32,000 nt of DNA from NCBI GenBank assembly GCA_006739055.1, contig AP019702.1, positions 2,535,388 to 2,567,387 of the forward strand. Reading direction: 5' to 3'. This document shows positions 17,705 to 27,874 of the stretch, in pieces (position 1 is the stretch's first letter; each line of letters opens with the position of its first letter). The translations under genes were made by a program, and so were the position numbers. Source of the stretch: Stella vacuolata. Lineage in GTDB: Bacteria > Pseudomonadota > Alphaproteobacteria > ATCC43930 > Allostellaceae. A model generated the notes under the pieces. It worked only from the letters and a program-made list of their open reading frames with translations. It had not been told where the DNA came from and made no database searches.

Positions 17705-18490
17705 ATGACCATCGGCCGGATCGCATCCGTCTGGCGCTATCCGGTGAAGAGCATGGCGGGGGAGGCGCTCGACGAGGGCTACCTCACCTTCGCCGGGGTC
17801 TATGGCGACCGGGTCCATGCCTTCCACAACCCCGCGGCGGGCGACCGCTTCCCCTACCTGACGGCCCGCAACCAGGAGCGGATGATCGCCTACCGGGCGC
17901 GCTTCGTCGACCCGGCCGCGGCGGCGCGGCCGGTCAACCTGGCGGCGGCCGAAGGCGGCATCGGCGTGACGCCGCTCTTCGCCGACCGCGCCGGCTTCGC
18001 CGTGGAGGTGACGTCGCCCGACGGGCGGACCTGGGCGATCGACGATCCGGGGCTGCTGGCCGACCTCAAGGCGGGGCTGCCGACGGACGACCCGGTCACC
18101 GTCATCCATTCGCCGCGCGCCCTGACCGACTGCCGGCCGCTGTCGCTCTTCTCCAACGCCACCGTCCGCCATGTCGCCCGGGCGGTCGACATGGCGCCGG
18201 ATGCGCGGCGCTACCGCGCCAACCTCTATGCCGACTTCGCCGACGATGCCGCCTTCGCCGAGAACGCCCTGGTCGGGCATCGGCTGCGGATCGGCGACAA
18301 GGCGGAGGTCCTGGTGCTCGGCCGCGACCGGCGCTGCAAGATGATCACGCTCGACCCCGACACCGGCGCGGCCGAGCCGCGCCTGCTGCGCTGGATCGCC
18401 CGCGAGCAGGGCGGCATGGCCGGGCTCTACTGCGCGGTGCTGGTCGAGGGGCGGGTGCGGCCGGGGGATGCGATCGCGGTCGTGGGGTGA
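17705..18490 (+). CDS. MOSC domain protein (MOSC_N beta-barrel + MOSC), YcbX/mARC-like
   Basis: ORF 17486..18490 trimmed to ATG 17705 (RBS GAGGAAGGGGA). It has 'IASVWRYPVKSMAGEAL' (MOSC_N), 'RRYRANLY', and the invariant MOSC cysteine in 'GRDRRCKMITLDPDTG' (Cys codon 18335..18337). 261 aa. Confidence 0.85.
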   Translation: MTIGRIASVWRYPVKSMAGEALDEGYLTFAGVYGDRVHAFHNPAAGDRFPYLTARNQERMIAYRARFVDPAAAARPVNLAAAEGGIGVTPLFADRAGFAVEVTSPDGRTWAIDDPGLLADLKAGLPTDDPVTVIHSPRALTDCRPLSLFSNATVRHVARAVDMAPDARRYRANLYADFADDAAFAENALVGHRLRIGDKAEVLVLGRDRRCKMITLDPDTGAAEPRLLRWIAREQGGMAGLYCAVLVEGRVRPGDAIAVVG

Positions 18491-18519
18491 AGCCCGATGT
18501 TCCTGGCGGAGAGAACTGA

Positions 18520-18921
18520 ATGCCGAACCATCCGGAAGCGACCGCGCGGGCCTGCCTGGAAGGCGCCGAGAGCGACACGATGAACTTCCCGCAGATCGTC
18601 CATGCGCTGTCGGAGGCTGGCTTCGAGAGCTACGCGATCGATTTCCGTCGCGCGGTCGCCATCTACTACCGGCCGGACGGCGATAGCATCGAGTTGCCAA
18701 CCCATCGGCTCGACCGAACGATCGCGGCGGCCTTCGATGCCGTTGCCCTGCGCGCTGCCATCAGGGAGGCGCAGATGCAGGTGCCCGGCTACACCTATAA
18801 GGGGTTCTGCCGGAAGGCTGCCGCGGCCGGCTGTGCCGGCTATCTGGTTTCCTTCCTGGGCCGCCGCGCGCTCTATGTCGGCCGGACCGGCGAGACGCAC
18901 GTCGAGCAATTCCCCGACTGA
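18520..18921 (+). CDS. DUF1398 (YbcV-like) family protein
   Basis: 133 aa, with RBS GGAGAG upstream. 'MNFPQIVHALSEAGFESYAIDF...' and 'PGYTYKGFCRKAAAAGCAGYLVSFLGRRALYVGRTGETHVEQFP' resemble DUF1398 proteins from memory. It lies 29 nt after the MOSC stop. Confidence 0.55.
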   Translation: MPNHPEATARACLEGAESDTMNFPQIVHALSEAGFESYAIDFRRAVAIYYRPDGDSIELPTHRLDRTIAAAFDAVALRAAIREAQMQVPGYTYKGFCRKAAAAGCAGYLVSFLGRRALYVGRTGETHVEQFPD

Positions 18922-18957
18922 CGAAAAAGAGAAGGGCCGGTCGTCGCCGACCGGCCC
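18922..18957 (-). terminator. Rho-independent terminator of coxSLM (hairpin possibly shared with the convergent plus-strand operon)
   Basis: A perfect 10-bp stem GGGCCGGTCG / CGACCGGCCC with a 4-nt loop spans 18934..18957. On the minus-strand transcript it is followed by UUCUCUUUUUCG (18933..22). It sits between convergent stops at 18921 and 18983. Confidence 0.7.
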
Positions 18958-18982
18958 CATCAGTCCGCCTGGACCCGGAGGG

Positions 18983-19777
<795 letters not shown>

Positions 19778-19801
19778 GGGTGTAATTCTCCCTTCGGTCC
19801 G

Positions 19802-22192
19802 TCAGGCCGCCTTGGCCGCGCGCTTGTCCTGGATGATCTGCCACACCTTGAGCGGCGTGGCCGGCATCTCGACATGGCGCACGCCCAGCGACGACAGGGC
19901 ATCGACGATGGCGTTGATCACGGCGGGCGGCGAGCCGATCGCCCCGGCCTCGCCGCAGCCCTTCACGCCGAGCGCATTGTCGACCGCCGGCACGTTGTGG
20001 GTGGAGACCTTGAAGTTGAGCAGGTCGTCCGCCCGCGGCATGCAATAGTCCATGTAGGAGCCGGTCAGGATCTGGCCGGACTTCTCGTCATAGATGCAGC
20101 CTTCGAGCAGCGCCTGGCCGACGCCCTGGGCGATCCCGCCATGCACCTGCCCGTCGACGATCATCGGGTTGATGATGCGCCCGAAATCGTCGGCCGCGAC
20201 GAAGTTGACGATCGTCGTGACGCCGGTGTCCGGGTCGACCTCCACCTCGCAGATGTGCGTCCCCGACGGGAAGGTGAAGTTCTTCGGGTCGTAGAAGGCG
20301 GATTCGTCGAGGCCCGGCTCCAGCGTCTCCATCGGGTAGTTGTGCGGCACGTAGGCGGTGAGTGCGATCTCGCCGAACGCCTTCGACTTGTCGGTGCCGG
20401 CGACCTGGAACTTGCCGTCCTTGTACTCGATGTCGGCCTCGGACGCCTCGAGCAGGTGGGCGGCGATCTTCTTGCCCTTGTTCACCACCTTCTCGACCGC
20501 CTTCATGATCGCCATGCCGCCGACGGCGAGCGACCGCGAGCCGTAGGTGCCCATGCCGAAGGCGACCTTGTTGGTGTCGCCATGGACGATCTCGACGCTC
20601 TCCATCGGCACCTGGAGCAGGTCGGAGACGAGCTGCGCGAAGGTCGTCTCGTGGCCCTGGCCGTGGCTGTGGGTGCCGGTGAAGACCGTCACCGAGCCGG
20701 TCGGATGGACCCGCACCTCGGCCGACTCATAGAGACCGGCACGGCCGCCCAGCGCCCCCACCACCTGGCTGGGGGCGATGCCGCAGGCCTCGATGTAGGT
20801 GGAGATGCCGATGCCGCGATAGACGCCGCGTCGGGCCGCTTCGGCGCGCCTCGCCTCGAAGCCGGCGTAGTCGGCCTCCTTCAGCGCCATGTCGAGGGTG
20901 GTGAAGTAGTCGCCGCTGTCATACTGCAGGGCGACCGGCGTCTGGTAGGGGAAGGCGTCGGTCGGGATGAAGTTGCGCCGGCGCAGCTCGGCCGGGTCGA
21001 TCCCCATCTCGTCGGCGGCGACGTCGACGATCCGCTCCAGCAGGAAGGTCGTCTCGGGCCGCCCGGCGCCGCGATAGGCGTCGACCGGCACCGTGTTGGT
21101 GAAGACCGCCCGCACCTCGGCATAGATCGCGGGCGTCGTGTAGACGCCGGCCAGCAGGGTCGAGTGCAGGATGGTCGGGATGCAGGTCGAGAAGGTCGAC
21201 AGGTAGGCGCCCATGTTGGCGAGCGTGTGCTCGTGCAGGGCCAGGAACTTGCCGTCCTTGTCGAGCGCCAGCTCGACCGTCGTCACATGGTCGCGGCCAT
21301 GGGCGTCGGACATGAAGGATTCCGAGCGGTCGGCCGTCCACTTCACCGCGCGGTGAAGCTTGCCCGCGGCCCAGGTGACGATCGCCTCCTCGGCATAGTG
21401 GAAGATCTTCGAGCCGAAGCCGCCGCCGACGTCCGGCGCCACCACGCGCAGCTTGGATTCCGGGATGTTCAGCACGTAGGCGCCCATCAGCAGGCGGATG
21501 ACGTGCGGGTTCTGGCTGGTGGTGTAGAGCGTGTACTCGCCGGTGCCGCGGTCGAAGTCGCCGATCGCCGCGCGGGGCTCCATCGCGTTCGGCACCAGCC
21601 GGTTGTTGACCAGCTCCAGCCGGGCGATGTGGTGCGCTTCCTGGAACGCCTTGTCGACCGCCGCCTTGTCGCCGAACTCCCAGTCGTAGCAGGAGTTCTG
21701 CGGCACCTGGTCCCAGACCAGGGGCGCGCCGGGCTTCACGGCGTCGGGCATGGAGATGACGGCCGGCAGCTCGGAGTAGGTGATCGCCAGCCGCTCGGCG
21801 CCGTCGCGCGCCTGCTGGCGGGTCTCCGCGATCACCACCGCCACCTGGTCGCCGACATGGCGCACGCGCTCCGGCGACAGCGGGATGTGCGGCGGCTCGA
21901 TCATCGGCGTGCCGTCGCGGCTGTGGATCAGCCAGCCGCAGGGCAGGCTGCCGACGCCGGCCTTGACCATGTCGGCGCCGGTATAGACGGCGACCACGCC
22001 GGGCGATGCCAGGGCCGGCGCCTTGTCGATCGCGTCGATCGTCGCGTGGGCATGGGGCGAGCGCACGATCCAGGCGTGCAGCTGGCCCGGGCGGTTGATG
22101 TCGTCGGTGTAGTTCCCGCGCCCGGTGAGGAAGCGGAAATCTTCTCGGCGGCGCACGGGGGCGCCGATCCCGGTCTCCGGCAGGGCGTTCAT
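19802..22192 (-). CDS. coxL: Molybdenum hydroxylase large (MCD-binding) subunit, form II CoxL-like
   Basis: 796 aa with 'GGGFGSK' and aldehyde oxidase/xanthine dehydrogenase a/b-hammerhead and Mo-binding patterns. The active-site loop reads '[11 protein letters not shown]' (aa 372-378, nt 21059..21079), the form II signature rather than form I 'AYRCSFR'. Confidence 0.9.
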   Translation of the reverse strand: MNALPETGIGAPVRRREDFRFLTGRGNYTDDINRPGQLHAWIVRSPHAHATIDAIDKAPALASPGVVAVYTGADMVKAGVGSLPCGWLIHSRDGTPMIEPPHIPLSPERVRHVGDQVAVVIAETRQQARDGAERLAITYSELPAVISMPDAVKPGAPLVWDQVPQNSCYDWEFGDKAAVDKAFQEAHHIARLELVNNRLVPNAMEPRAAIGDFDRGTGEYTLYTTSQNPHVIRLLMGAYVLNIPESKLRVVAPDVGGGFGSKIFHYAEEAIVTWAAGKLHRAVKWTADRSESFMSDAHGRDHVTTVELALDKDGKFLALHEHTLANMGAYLSTFSTCIPTILHSTLLAGVYTTPAIYAEVRAVFTNTVPVDAYRGAGRPETTFLLERIVDVAADEMGIDPAELRRRNFIPTDAFPYQTPVALQYDSGDYFTTLDMALKEADYAGFEARRAEAARRGVYRGIGISTYIEACGIAPSQVVGALGGRAGLYESAEVRVHPTGSVTVFTGTHSHGQGHETTFAQLVSDLLQVPMESVEIVHGDTNKVAFGMGTYGSRSLAVGGMAIMKAVEKVVNKGKKIAAHLLEASEADIEYKDGKFQVAGTDKSKAFGEIALTAYVPHNYPMETLEPGLDESAFYDPKNFTFPSGTHICEVEVDPDTGVTTIVNFVAADDFGRIINPMIVDGQVHGGIAQGVGQALLEGCIYDEKSGQILTGSYMDYCMPRADDLLNFKVSTHNVPAVDNALGVKGCGEAGAIGSPPAVINAIVDALSSLGVRHVEMPATPLKVWQIIQDKRAAKAA

Positions 22193-22196
22193 GGCG

Positions 22197-22667
<471 letters not shown>

Positions 22668-22839
22668 GATTCCTCCCTAGAGTTCGAGGTCGAGCAGGTT
22701 GAGCGATGCGCCGCTGGCCGCGATTGCCCGCGAGCCCGCCGATGCATCGATGATACGTCCCAGCCCGCCAACTGTCGGACGGACGGGGGACATTGGTCAA
22801 GCCGTAGCGGGCGTGCCTTGCGCCTGCCTCCGGGCCGGT

Positions 22840-23565
22840 TCAGCGCGGCGTCGCGAAGACCAGCAGGATCAGCACGGCGAGCGCGATCAGGCCGATGATC
22901 CAGACGGTCGGATTGAGCGTCGAGCGGGCGGGTGCGGGCGGGGCGGGGGGCGGCCGGTCGGCCGGCGCCGCGGCGGCCGGCGGCGCCGGCGCGGCGGCGC
23001 TTTCCGCCATCGCGGCCGTGGCGGGCGTCGCGGCTTCGGCCGGCGCTTCGGGAGGTGCTGCGACGGCGGATTGCGGCGTCGCCTCGGCGGATTCGGGGGC
23101 GGGGGGCGGTGCCGCCGCGGCGGCATTGGCCGCCACCAGCTCGGCGAAGCGGCTGAAGAACTCCTCGGCCATCTTGCGCGCGGTGGCGTCGATCAGGCGC
23201 GAGCCGATCTGGGCCAGCTTGCCGCCGACATTGGCGCTGACGGTGTAGCGCAGGATGGTGCCGTCGCCGTCCGGCTCCAGCTTCACCTCGGCGCCGCCCT
23301 TGGCGAAGCCGGCCGCGCCGCCCTGGCCTTCGCCGCTGATGCGGTAGCCGTTGGGCGGGTCGAGGTCGCTCATGGTGACCTTGCCGCCGAAGCGGGCCTT
23401 CACCGGCCCGACCTTGGCCGTCACCTTGGCCGTGAACTCGGTCGGCGAGGTCTTCTCGACCTCCTCGCAGCCCGGTATGCACTGGCGCAGGAGCTCGGTG
23501 TCGTTCAGCGCGGCCCACACCGCCTCGCGCGGCGCGGCGATCCGGTATTCGCCCGACATGTCCAT
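22840..23565 (-). CDS. coxG: CoxG-like SRPBCC protein with Ala/Pro-rich linker and C-terminal transmembrane anchor
   Basis: ORF 22840..23670 trimmed to ATG 23565 (RBS AAGGAG). 'MDMSGEYRIAAPREAVWAALNDTELLRQCIPGCE...GGKLAQIGSRLIDATARKMAEEFFSRF' is the CoxG/SRPBCC pattern. Residues ~146-216 are A/P/E-rich and residues ~220-238 are hydrophobic (VWIIGLIALAVLILLVFA). Confidence 0.8.
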   Translation of the reverse strand: MDMSGEYRIAAPREAVWAALNDTELLRQCIPGCEEVEKTSPTEFTAKVTAKVGPVKARFGGKVTMSDLDPPNGYRISGEGQGGAAGFAKGGAEVKLEPDGDGTILRYTVSANVGGKLAQIGSRLIDATARKMAEEFFSRFAELVAANAAAAAPPPAPESAEATPQSAVAAPPEAPAEAATPATAAMAESAAAPAPPAAAAPADRPPPAPPAPARSTLNPTVWIIGLIALAVLILLVFATPR

Positions 23566-23844
23566 GATGTTCCACTCCTTCGACGGCGCCGTTCGGGCCG
23601 AACCTATCGTCGGCCCTTGGCCGGGGCAAGTCGTCGAGGCGTCGGCCCGGGGCGCGCCGGCATGGATCATTCCGTCACGACAATGCGCTTGCGCGCGAAG
23701 GGCGTTCTGAGCAAGGTTGCCGCGCTACCGGCGGCACATGCGGCGCCTCGGCGCAAAGCAGTCGCAACCAACGACCGTCGGGGCGAGCAGCGGTGGCGGG
23801 AGATGGGCAGGACCCGATGAAATTCCAATGGTCGAGGCCAGGAT

Positions 23845-24462
23845 GTGAGCGTTGAACAACTGATTGCCGACTATGGCACATGGTTCTACGTCATCACGTT
23901 CTTCTGGACGTTTCTCGAGGGGGAGACGTTCGTCATCATTGCAGGCGTGGCGGCCCAGAAGGGGGTGCTGGACTGGTGGACGCTGTTCCTGTGCGCCTGG
24001 TTCGGCAGCTTCTGCGGTGACCAGACCTATTTCTGGATCGGCCGCCTCTACGGCCCGAGGGTGCTGGCGAAGTTCCCCAAATGGCGTGCCGGGGTGGACG
24101 GCGCGCTGGCCCAGGTGCAGCGCAACAGCACCTGGTTCATCCTGACCTTCCGGTTCATCTACGGCGTCCGCAACTTCGCCTCGTTCTCGCTCGGCGTCGC
24201 CCGGGTGCAGCCGGCGCGGTTCGCGGTCCTCAACTTCATCGCCGCCTTCGTCTGGGCGCTGTCGTTCGCCGGGGCCGGATACGTGTTCGGCGAGGCGTTC
24301 GAGGCGGTCGCCGGGGAATGGGTCCAGGGCATCGGCATGCTGTTGTTGAGTTGCCTCGTCCTCTTCGCGATTATCATGATCCTGCGCGCCCGCCGGAGCC
24401 GGCGGCGCCGCGCGGCGGCCGAGGCGCATCTGGCATCGGGGGTCTCCAACCCGCCGGCCTGA
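23845..24462 (+). CDS. DedA-family inner membrane protein
   Basis: 205 aa with a GTG start. 'FLEGETFVIIAGVAA' and 'GSFCGDQTYFWIGRLYGPRVL' match the DedA/SNARE-associated signature (E..., G.xxGD...Y.iGr..G). Confidence 0.85.
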   Translation: MSVEQLIADYGTWFYVITFFWTFLEGETFVIIAGVAAQKGVLDWWTLFLCAWFGSFCGDQTYFWIGRLYGPRVLAKFPKWRAGVDGALAQVQRNSTWFILTFRFIYGVRNFASFSLGVARVQPARFAVLNFIAAFVWALSFAGAGYVFGEAFEAVAGEWVQGIGMLLLSCLVLFAIIMILRARRSRRRRAAAEAHLASGVSNPPA

Positions 24463-24514
24463 GGGCCCGCGTGTCCTGGAAACGAGCGGCGGGTTTCGGC
24501 TGAGGGTGGGGGCG

Positions 24515-25939
24515 ATGCAGCGGGTCGTTTCGGTTCTGGTATCGGGTGCGGCAGCAACGCTCGCCCCCTTTGCGGCCATGGCGGCGGAGGCGGGGGCGCC
24601 GCATCTGTCGGGCATCGGCCTGAACGTGGCCTGGGGCATCCCCTTCGCCGGCATCCTGCTGTCGATCGCGATCATGCCGCTGCTCGCGCCGCAGTTCTGG
24701 CACCATCATTTCGGCAAGGTCTCGGCGGCGTGGGCGCTGGCCTTCATCGTCCCCGCGACCATCCTTTTCGGTCCGGCGATCGCCACCTACGAGGTGGTGC
24801 ATACGGCACTGCTGGAATACATCCCGTTCATCGTCCTCCTGTGGGCGCTGTTCACGGTGGCGGGCGGCATCCGCCTGGTGGGCGACCTGCGCTCCTCGCC
24901 CGGCACCAACACGGCGATGCTGGCGATCGGCACCCTGCTGGCGAGCTGGATGGGCACCACCGGTGCCGCGATGCTGATGATCCGCCCGCTCATCCGGGCC
25001 AACGCCTGGCGCCGCAACCAGGCCCATGTGATGGTCTTCCTGATCTTCCTGGTGGCCAATGTCGGCGGCTCGCTGACCCCGATCGGCGACCCGCCGCTGT
25101 TCCTGGGCTTCCTCAAGGGCGTGCCGTTCTTCTGGCCGACCACGGCGCTCTTCGTGCCGATGCTGCTGGTGGTAGGCGCGCTGCTGGCGATCTTCTTCTT
25201 CCTCGACACCTACCTCTTCTCCCGCGAAGCGACGGCGCCGCCGAGCGACCGGTCGGGCGAGCGCCTCGGGGTGGAGGGCGGCATCAACATCCCGCTGCTG
25301 GGCGCGATCGTGGGCGCGGTGCTGCTGCGCGGCATCTGGCACTCGGGCGTGGACGTCACGATCTACCATGTGCCGGTGCCGCTGGAGAGCATCGCCTCCA
25401 ACCTCGCCCTGGTCGCGATCGGGCTGTTGTCGATGCGCCTGACCCGGGCCGAGACGCGGGCCGGCAACGCCTTCTCGTGGGGGCCGATCGTCGAGGTGGC
25501 GAAGCTGTTCGCCGGCATCTTCGTCACCATCGTGCCGGTCATCGCCATCCTGCGGGCGGGGCCGGACGGCGCGATGGCCGGCCTGGTCGCGCTCGTCACC
25601 GGCCCGGGCGGGCGGCCGATCGATGCCTGGTACTTCTGGCTGGCAGGCGGGCTGTCGAGCTTCCTCGACAATGCGCCCACCTACCTCGTCTTCTTCAACC
25701 TGGCCGGCGGCGATCCGGCCGAGCTCACCAACGGCCTCGCCTCGACCCTGATGGCGATCTCGGCGGGGGCGGTGTTCATGGGCGCCAACACCTATATCGG
25801 CAACGCGCCCAACTTCATGGTCAAGGCGATCGCCGAGGAGCGCGGCGTGCGCATGCCGAGCTTCTTCGGCTACATGGGCTGGGCCGCGATCTTCCTGCTC
25901 CCCCTGTTCGCGCTGGTGACGCTGATCTTCTTCCGGTAG
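24515..25939 (+). CDS. ArsB/NhaD-superfamily (ion-transporter superfamily) permease; relatives are usually annotated as putative Na+/H+ antiporters
   Basis: ~474 aa and polytopic. It has the duplicated re-entrant-loop-like motifs 'GGSLTPIGDPPLF' and 'GNAPNFMVKAI', plus 'SFLDNAPTYLVF'. I prefer ATG 24515 (G-rich RBS upstream) over GTG 24506. Confidence 0.65.
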   Translation: MQRVVSVLVSGAAATLAPFAAMAAEAGAPHLSGIGLNVAWGIPFAGILLSIAIMPLLAPQFWHHHFGKVSAAWALAFIVPATILFGPAIATYEVVHTALLEYIPFIVLLWALFTVAGGIRLVGDLRSSPGTNTAMLAIGTLLASWMGTTGAAMLMIRPLIRANAWRRNQAHVMVFLIFLVANVGGSLTPIGDPPLFLGFLKGVPFFWPTTALFVPMLLVVGALLAIFFFLDTYLFSREATAPPSDRSGERLGVEGGINIPLLGAIVGAVLLRGIWHSGVDVTIYHVPVPLESIASNLALVAIGLLSMRLTRAETRAGNAFSWGPIVEVAKLFAGIFVTIVPVIAILRAGPDGAMAGLVALVTGPGGRPIDAWYFWLAGGLSSFLDNAPTYLVFFNLAGGDPAELTNGLASTLMAISAGAVFMGANTYIGNAPNFMVKAIAEERGVRMPSFFGYMGWAAIFLLPLFALVTLIFFR

Positions 25940-25964
25940 CCCCGCCGCCCGGATCCTGCGGGCC

Positions 25965-26792
25965 TCAGTGGGCCTGCAGGACCGGCAGGGTCATATGCCG
26001 GCAGACATGAGCGGTGGCACCACCGAAGATCATCTCGCGCCAGCGCGTATGGCCATAGGCGCCCATCACCAGCAGGTCGGCGTCGATCGACGCGGCGGTG
26101 GCGAGGAGTGTGGCGCCGGCATCGTCCCCGTCGCCCTTCTGCACCCGCACCTCGACCGGGATGCCGTGCCGGCGCAGGAAGGTGGCCGCCGCCTCCGCCG
26201 ACGGGTCGGAGCCGGCCTTGCCGATCGCCAGCAGGACCGCCGAATCGGCCGATTCGAGCAGCGGGACCGCCGCGTGCAGGGCGCGCGCGGTGGTGTGCGA
26301 GTTCTTCCAGCCGATCAGCGCGCGCCGCCCGATCGATGCCGGCGCCGGCCGCCCGTGCGGCAGCACGAGGCAGGGGCATGCGGCCATCAGCGGCAGCTCC
26401 TCCATCGGGTGCAGCGAGACGACGTCGTCCACCGTCATCGCCGGGTTCTGGCCGACCAGCGCGATGTCGGCGAAGCGGCTCTCGGCCTTGATGACCTCGA
26501 TCGGCTCGCCGTCAACGACATGCATCTCCATCTCGACCCCCTCCTGCCGGCTGGACTCGGCGACCAGGGCGCGGAACTGGTCGGCCTTCTCGCGGGCGAT
26601 CGCCATCGCCTCGCCGATATAGGCCGCCGACGCGCCCCGTCCGGTGATCGCCGCCGGCATCTGCGCCGGCGCCGTCGCATAGAGCGCGGTGACGTGGGCC
26701 GAGAGGCGCCGCGCCAGCGCCGCGGCGGTGGCGAGGCGGCGCTCGGCCTCGCCGTCGTTGGCCAGGTAGACCAGGATCGTCTTGACCGTCAT
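25965..26792 (-). CDS. Tandem universal stress protein (UspA family)
   Basis: 275 aa with two Usp halves. The second ends with the ATP-binding-type motif 'DLLVMGAYGHTRWREMIFGGATAHV'. Confidence 0.8.
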   Translation of the reverse strand: MTVKTILVYLANDGEAERRLATAAALARRLSAHVTALYATAPAQMPAAITGRGASAAYIGEAMAIAREKADQFRALVAESSRQEGVEMEMHVVDGEPIEVIKAESRFADIALVGQNPAMTVDDVVSLHPMEELPLMAACPCLVLPHGRPAPASIGRRALIGWKNSHTTARALHAAVPLLESADSAVLLAIGKAGSDPSAEAAATFLRRHGIPVEVRVQKGDGDDAGATLLATAASIDADLLVMGAYGHTRWREMIFGGATAHVCRHMTLPVLQAH

Positions 26793-26899
26793 GGGGGCCG
26801 TATCCCTCTCGGAAGGCTCGGGGGGCGCTGTCGTCCCGAAGCTAGAGGAGGGCCCCCCGTCCTGGCAATCGCGCTCGCGACCGGGGCCGGGCGGCGCGC

Positions 26900-27874
26900 T
26901 CAGCGGCGCGGCAGCTCGATCGCATACTCGTCCAGCGGCAGCACGCTCTTGATGACGCCGCTGTCGCGCAGGAATTCCGCGAAGCGCTGGTAGCGCGCCC
27001 GGTCGAGCGCGCCCGGCCGCAGCGCGAAGCGCGGCAGGGTGTCGCGCCAGGCCCGCCGGTTCAGCTCGTCGTCGAGCTGCTTGTGGCCGGCCAGGAACAG
27101 CTTCCAGCTCTCGTCGGGATGGTTGATCAGGTACTGGGTGCCGCGCTCGACCGCGTCGACGAAGGGCCGCAGCGGCAGGGTGCTGAGCCGGCCGCGCTGG
27201 GCGACCAGGATCAGCTCGTCATAGGGCGGCACCCCTTCCTCCTCGACGAAGAAGGCCCGGCCCTTCTTGCCGATCAGCTCCAGCTGGGTCAGCTCGAAGT
27301 TGCGATAGGCGCCGATCACCGCGTCGACCCGGCCGCTGGCGAGCGCCGGGGTGAGCCCGAAGCCGACATTGATGAGGGTGATGTCGGCGACCGTCAGCCC
27401 GTGTCGGGACAGCATCGCCGACATGGTCGCGTCCTCGGTGCCGGCGACGGCGAAGCCGACCGTCTTGCCCTTGAGGTCGGCGATGGACCGGATCGGACTC
27501 GTCTCCAGCACGACCAGCGTGTTCAGGGGCGTCGCGATCAGGGTGCCGATGCGCACCAGCGGCAGGCCGCGGCTGGTCTGGATGTGCAGGTGGGGCTGGT
27601 AGCTGACGGCGATGTCCGCCTTGCCGGCGGCAACCAGCTTCGGCGGGTCGTTCGGGTCGCTGGGCGCGATCAGTCGGACGTCGAGGCCGGCGTCGCGGAA
27701 GTAGCCGCGCTGCAGGGCGACCACCAGCGGCGCATGGTCGGGGTTGACGTACCAGTCGAGCAGCACGTCGAGCTTGTGTGGAGCGGCGGGTGCCTGCGCC
27801 AGGGCGCCCGGCATGGCGAGCAGCGCCGGCAGGATGGCGGCGGCGAGTCGGCGGATCCAGCGCATCGGCTTCAT
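26900..27874 (-). CDS. ABC transporter substrate-binding protein, NMT1/THI5-like (ThiY-like, pyrimidine-moiety/thiamine-precursor binding)
   Basis: ORF 26900..29410 trimmed to ATG 27874 (MKPMRWIRRLAAAILPALLAMPGALAQA signal). 'LDWYVNPDHAPLVVALQRGYFRDAGLDV' is the typical NMT1/THI5 start. ATGA overlap with the permease stop. It is the last gene of a TPP-riboswitch operon. Confidence 0.8.
   Translation of the reverse strand: MKPMRWIRRLAAAILPALLAMPGALAQAPAAPHKLDVLLDWYVNPDHAPLVVALQRGYFRDAGLDVRLIAPSDPNDPPKLVAAGKADIAVSYQPHLHIQTSRGLPLVRIGTLIATPLNTLVVLETSPIRSIADLKGKTVGFAVAGTEDATMSAMLSRHGLTVADITLINVGFGLTPALASGRVDAVIGAYRNFELTQLELIGKKGRAFFVEEEGVPPYDELILVAQRGRLSTLPLRPFVDAVERGTQYLINHPDESWKLFLAGHKQLDDELNRRAWRDTLPRFALRPGALDRARYQRFAEFLRDSGVIKSVLPLDEYAIELPRR

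Noticed and set aside
22668-22839. Possible Moco riboswitch or operator in the coxG-coxS spacer (also checked in the coxD leader, 9489..9554), including the 10-bp palindrome CGATGCATCG at 22740..22749
   Set aside because: I could not recognise the conserved Moco-motif helices or loops in either leader. 10-bp palindromes are expected by chance many times in 32 kb. I make no claim; cmsearch with RF01055 would settle it.
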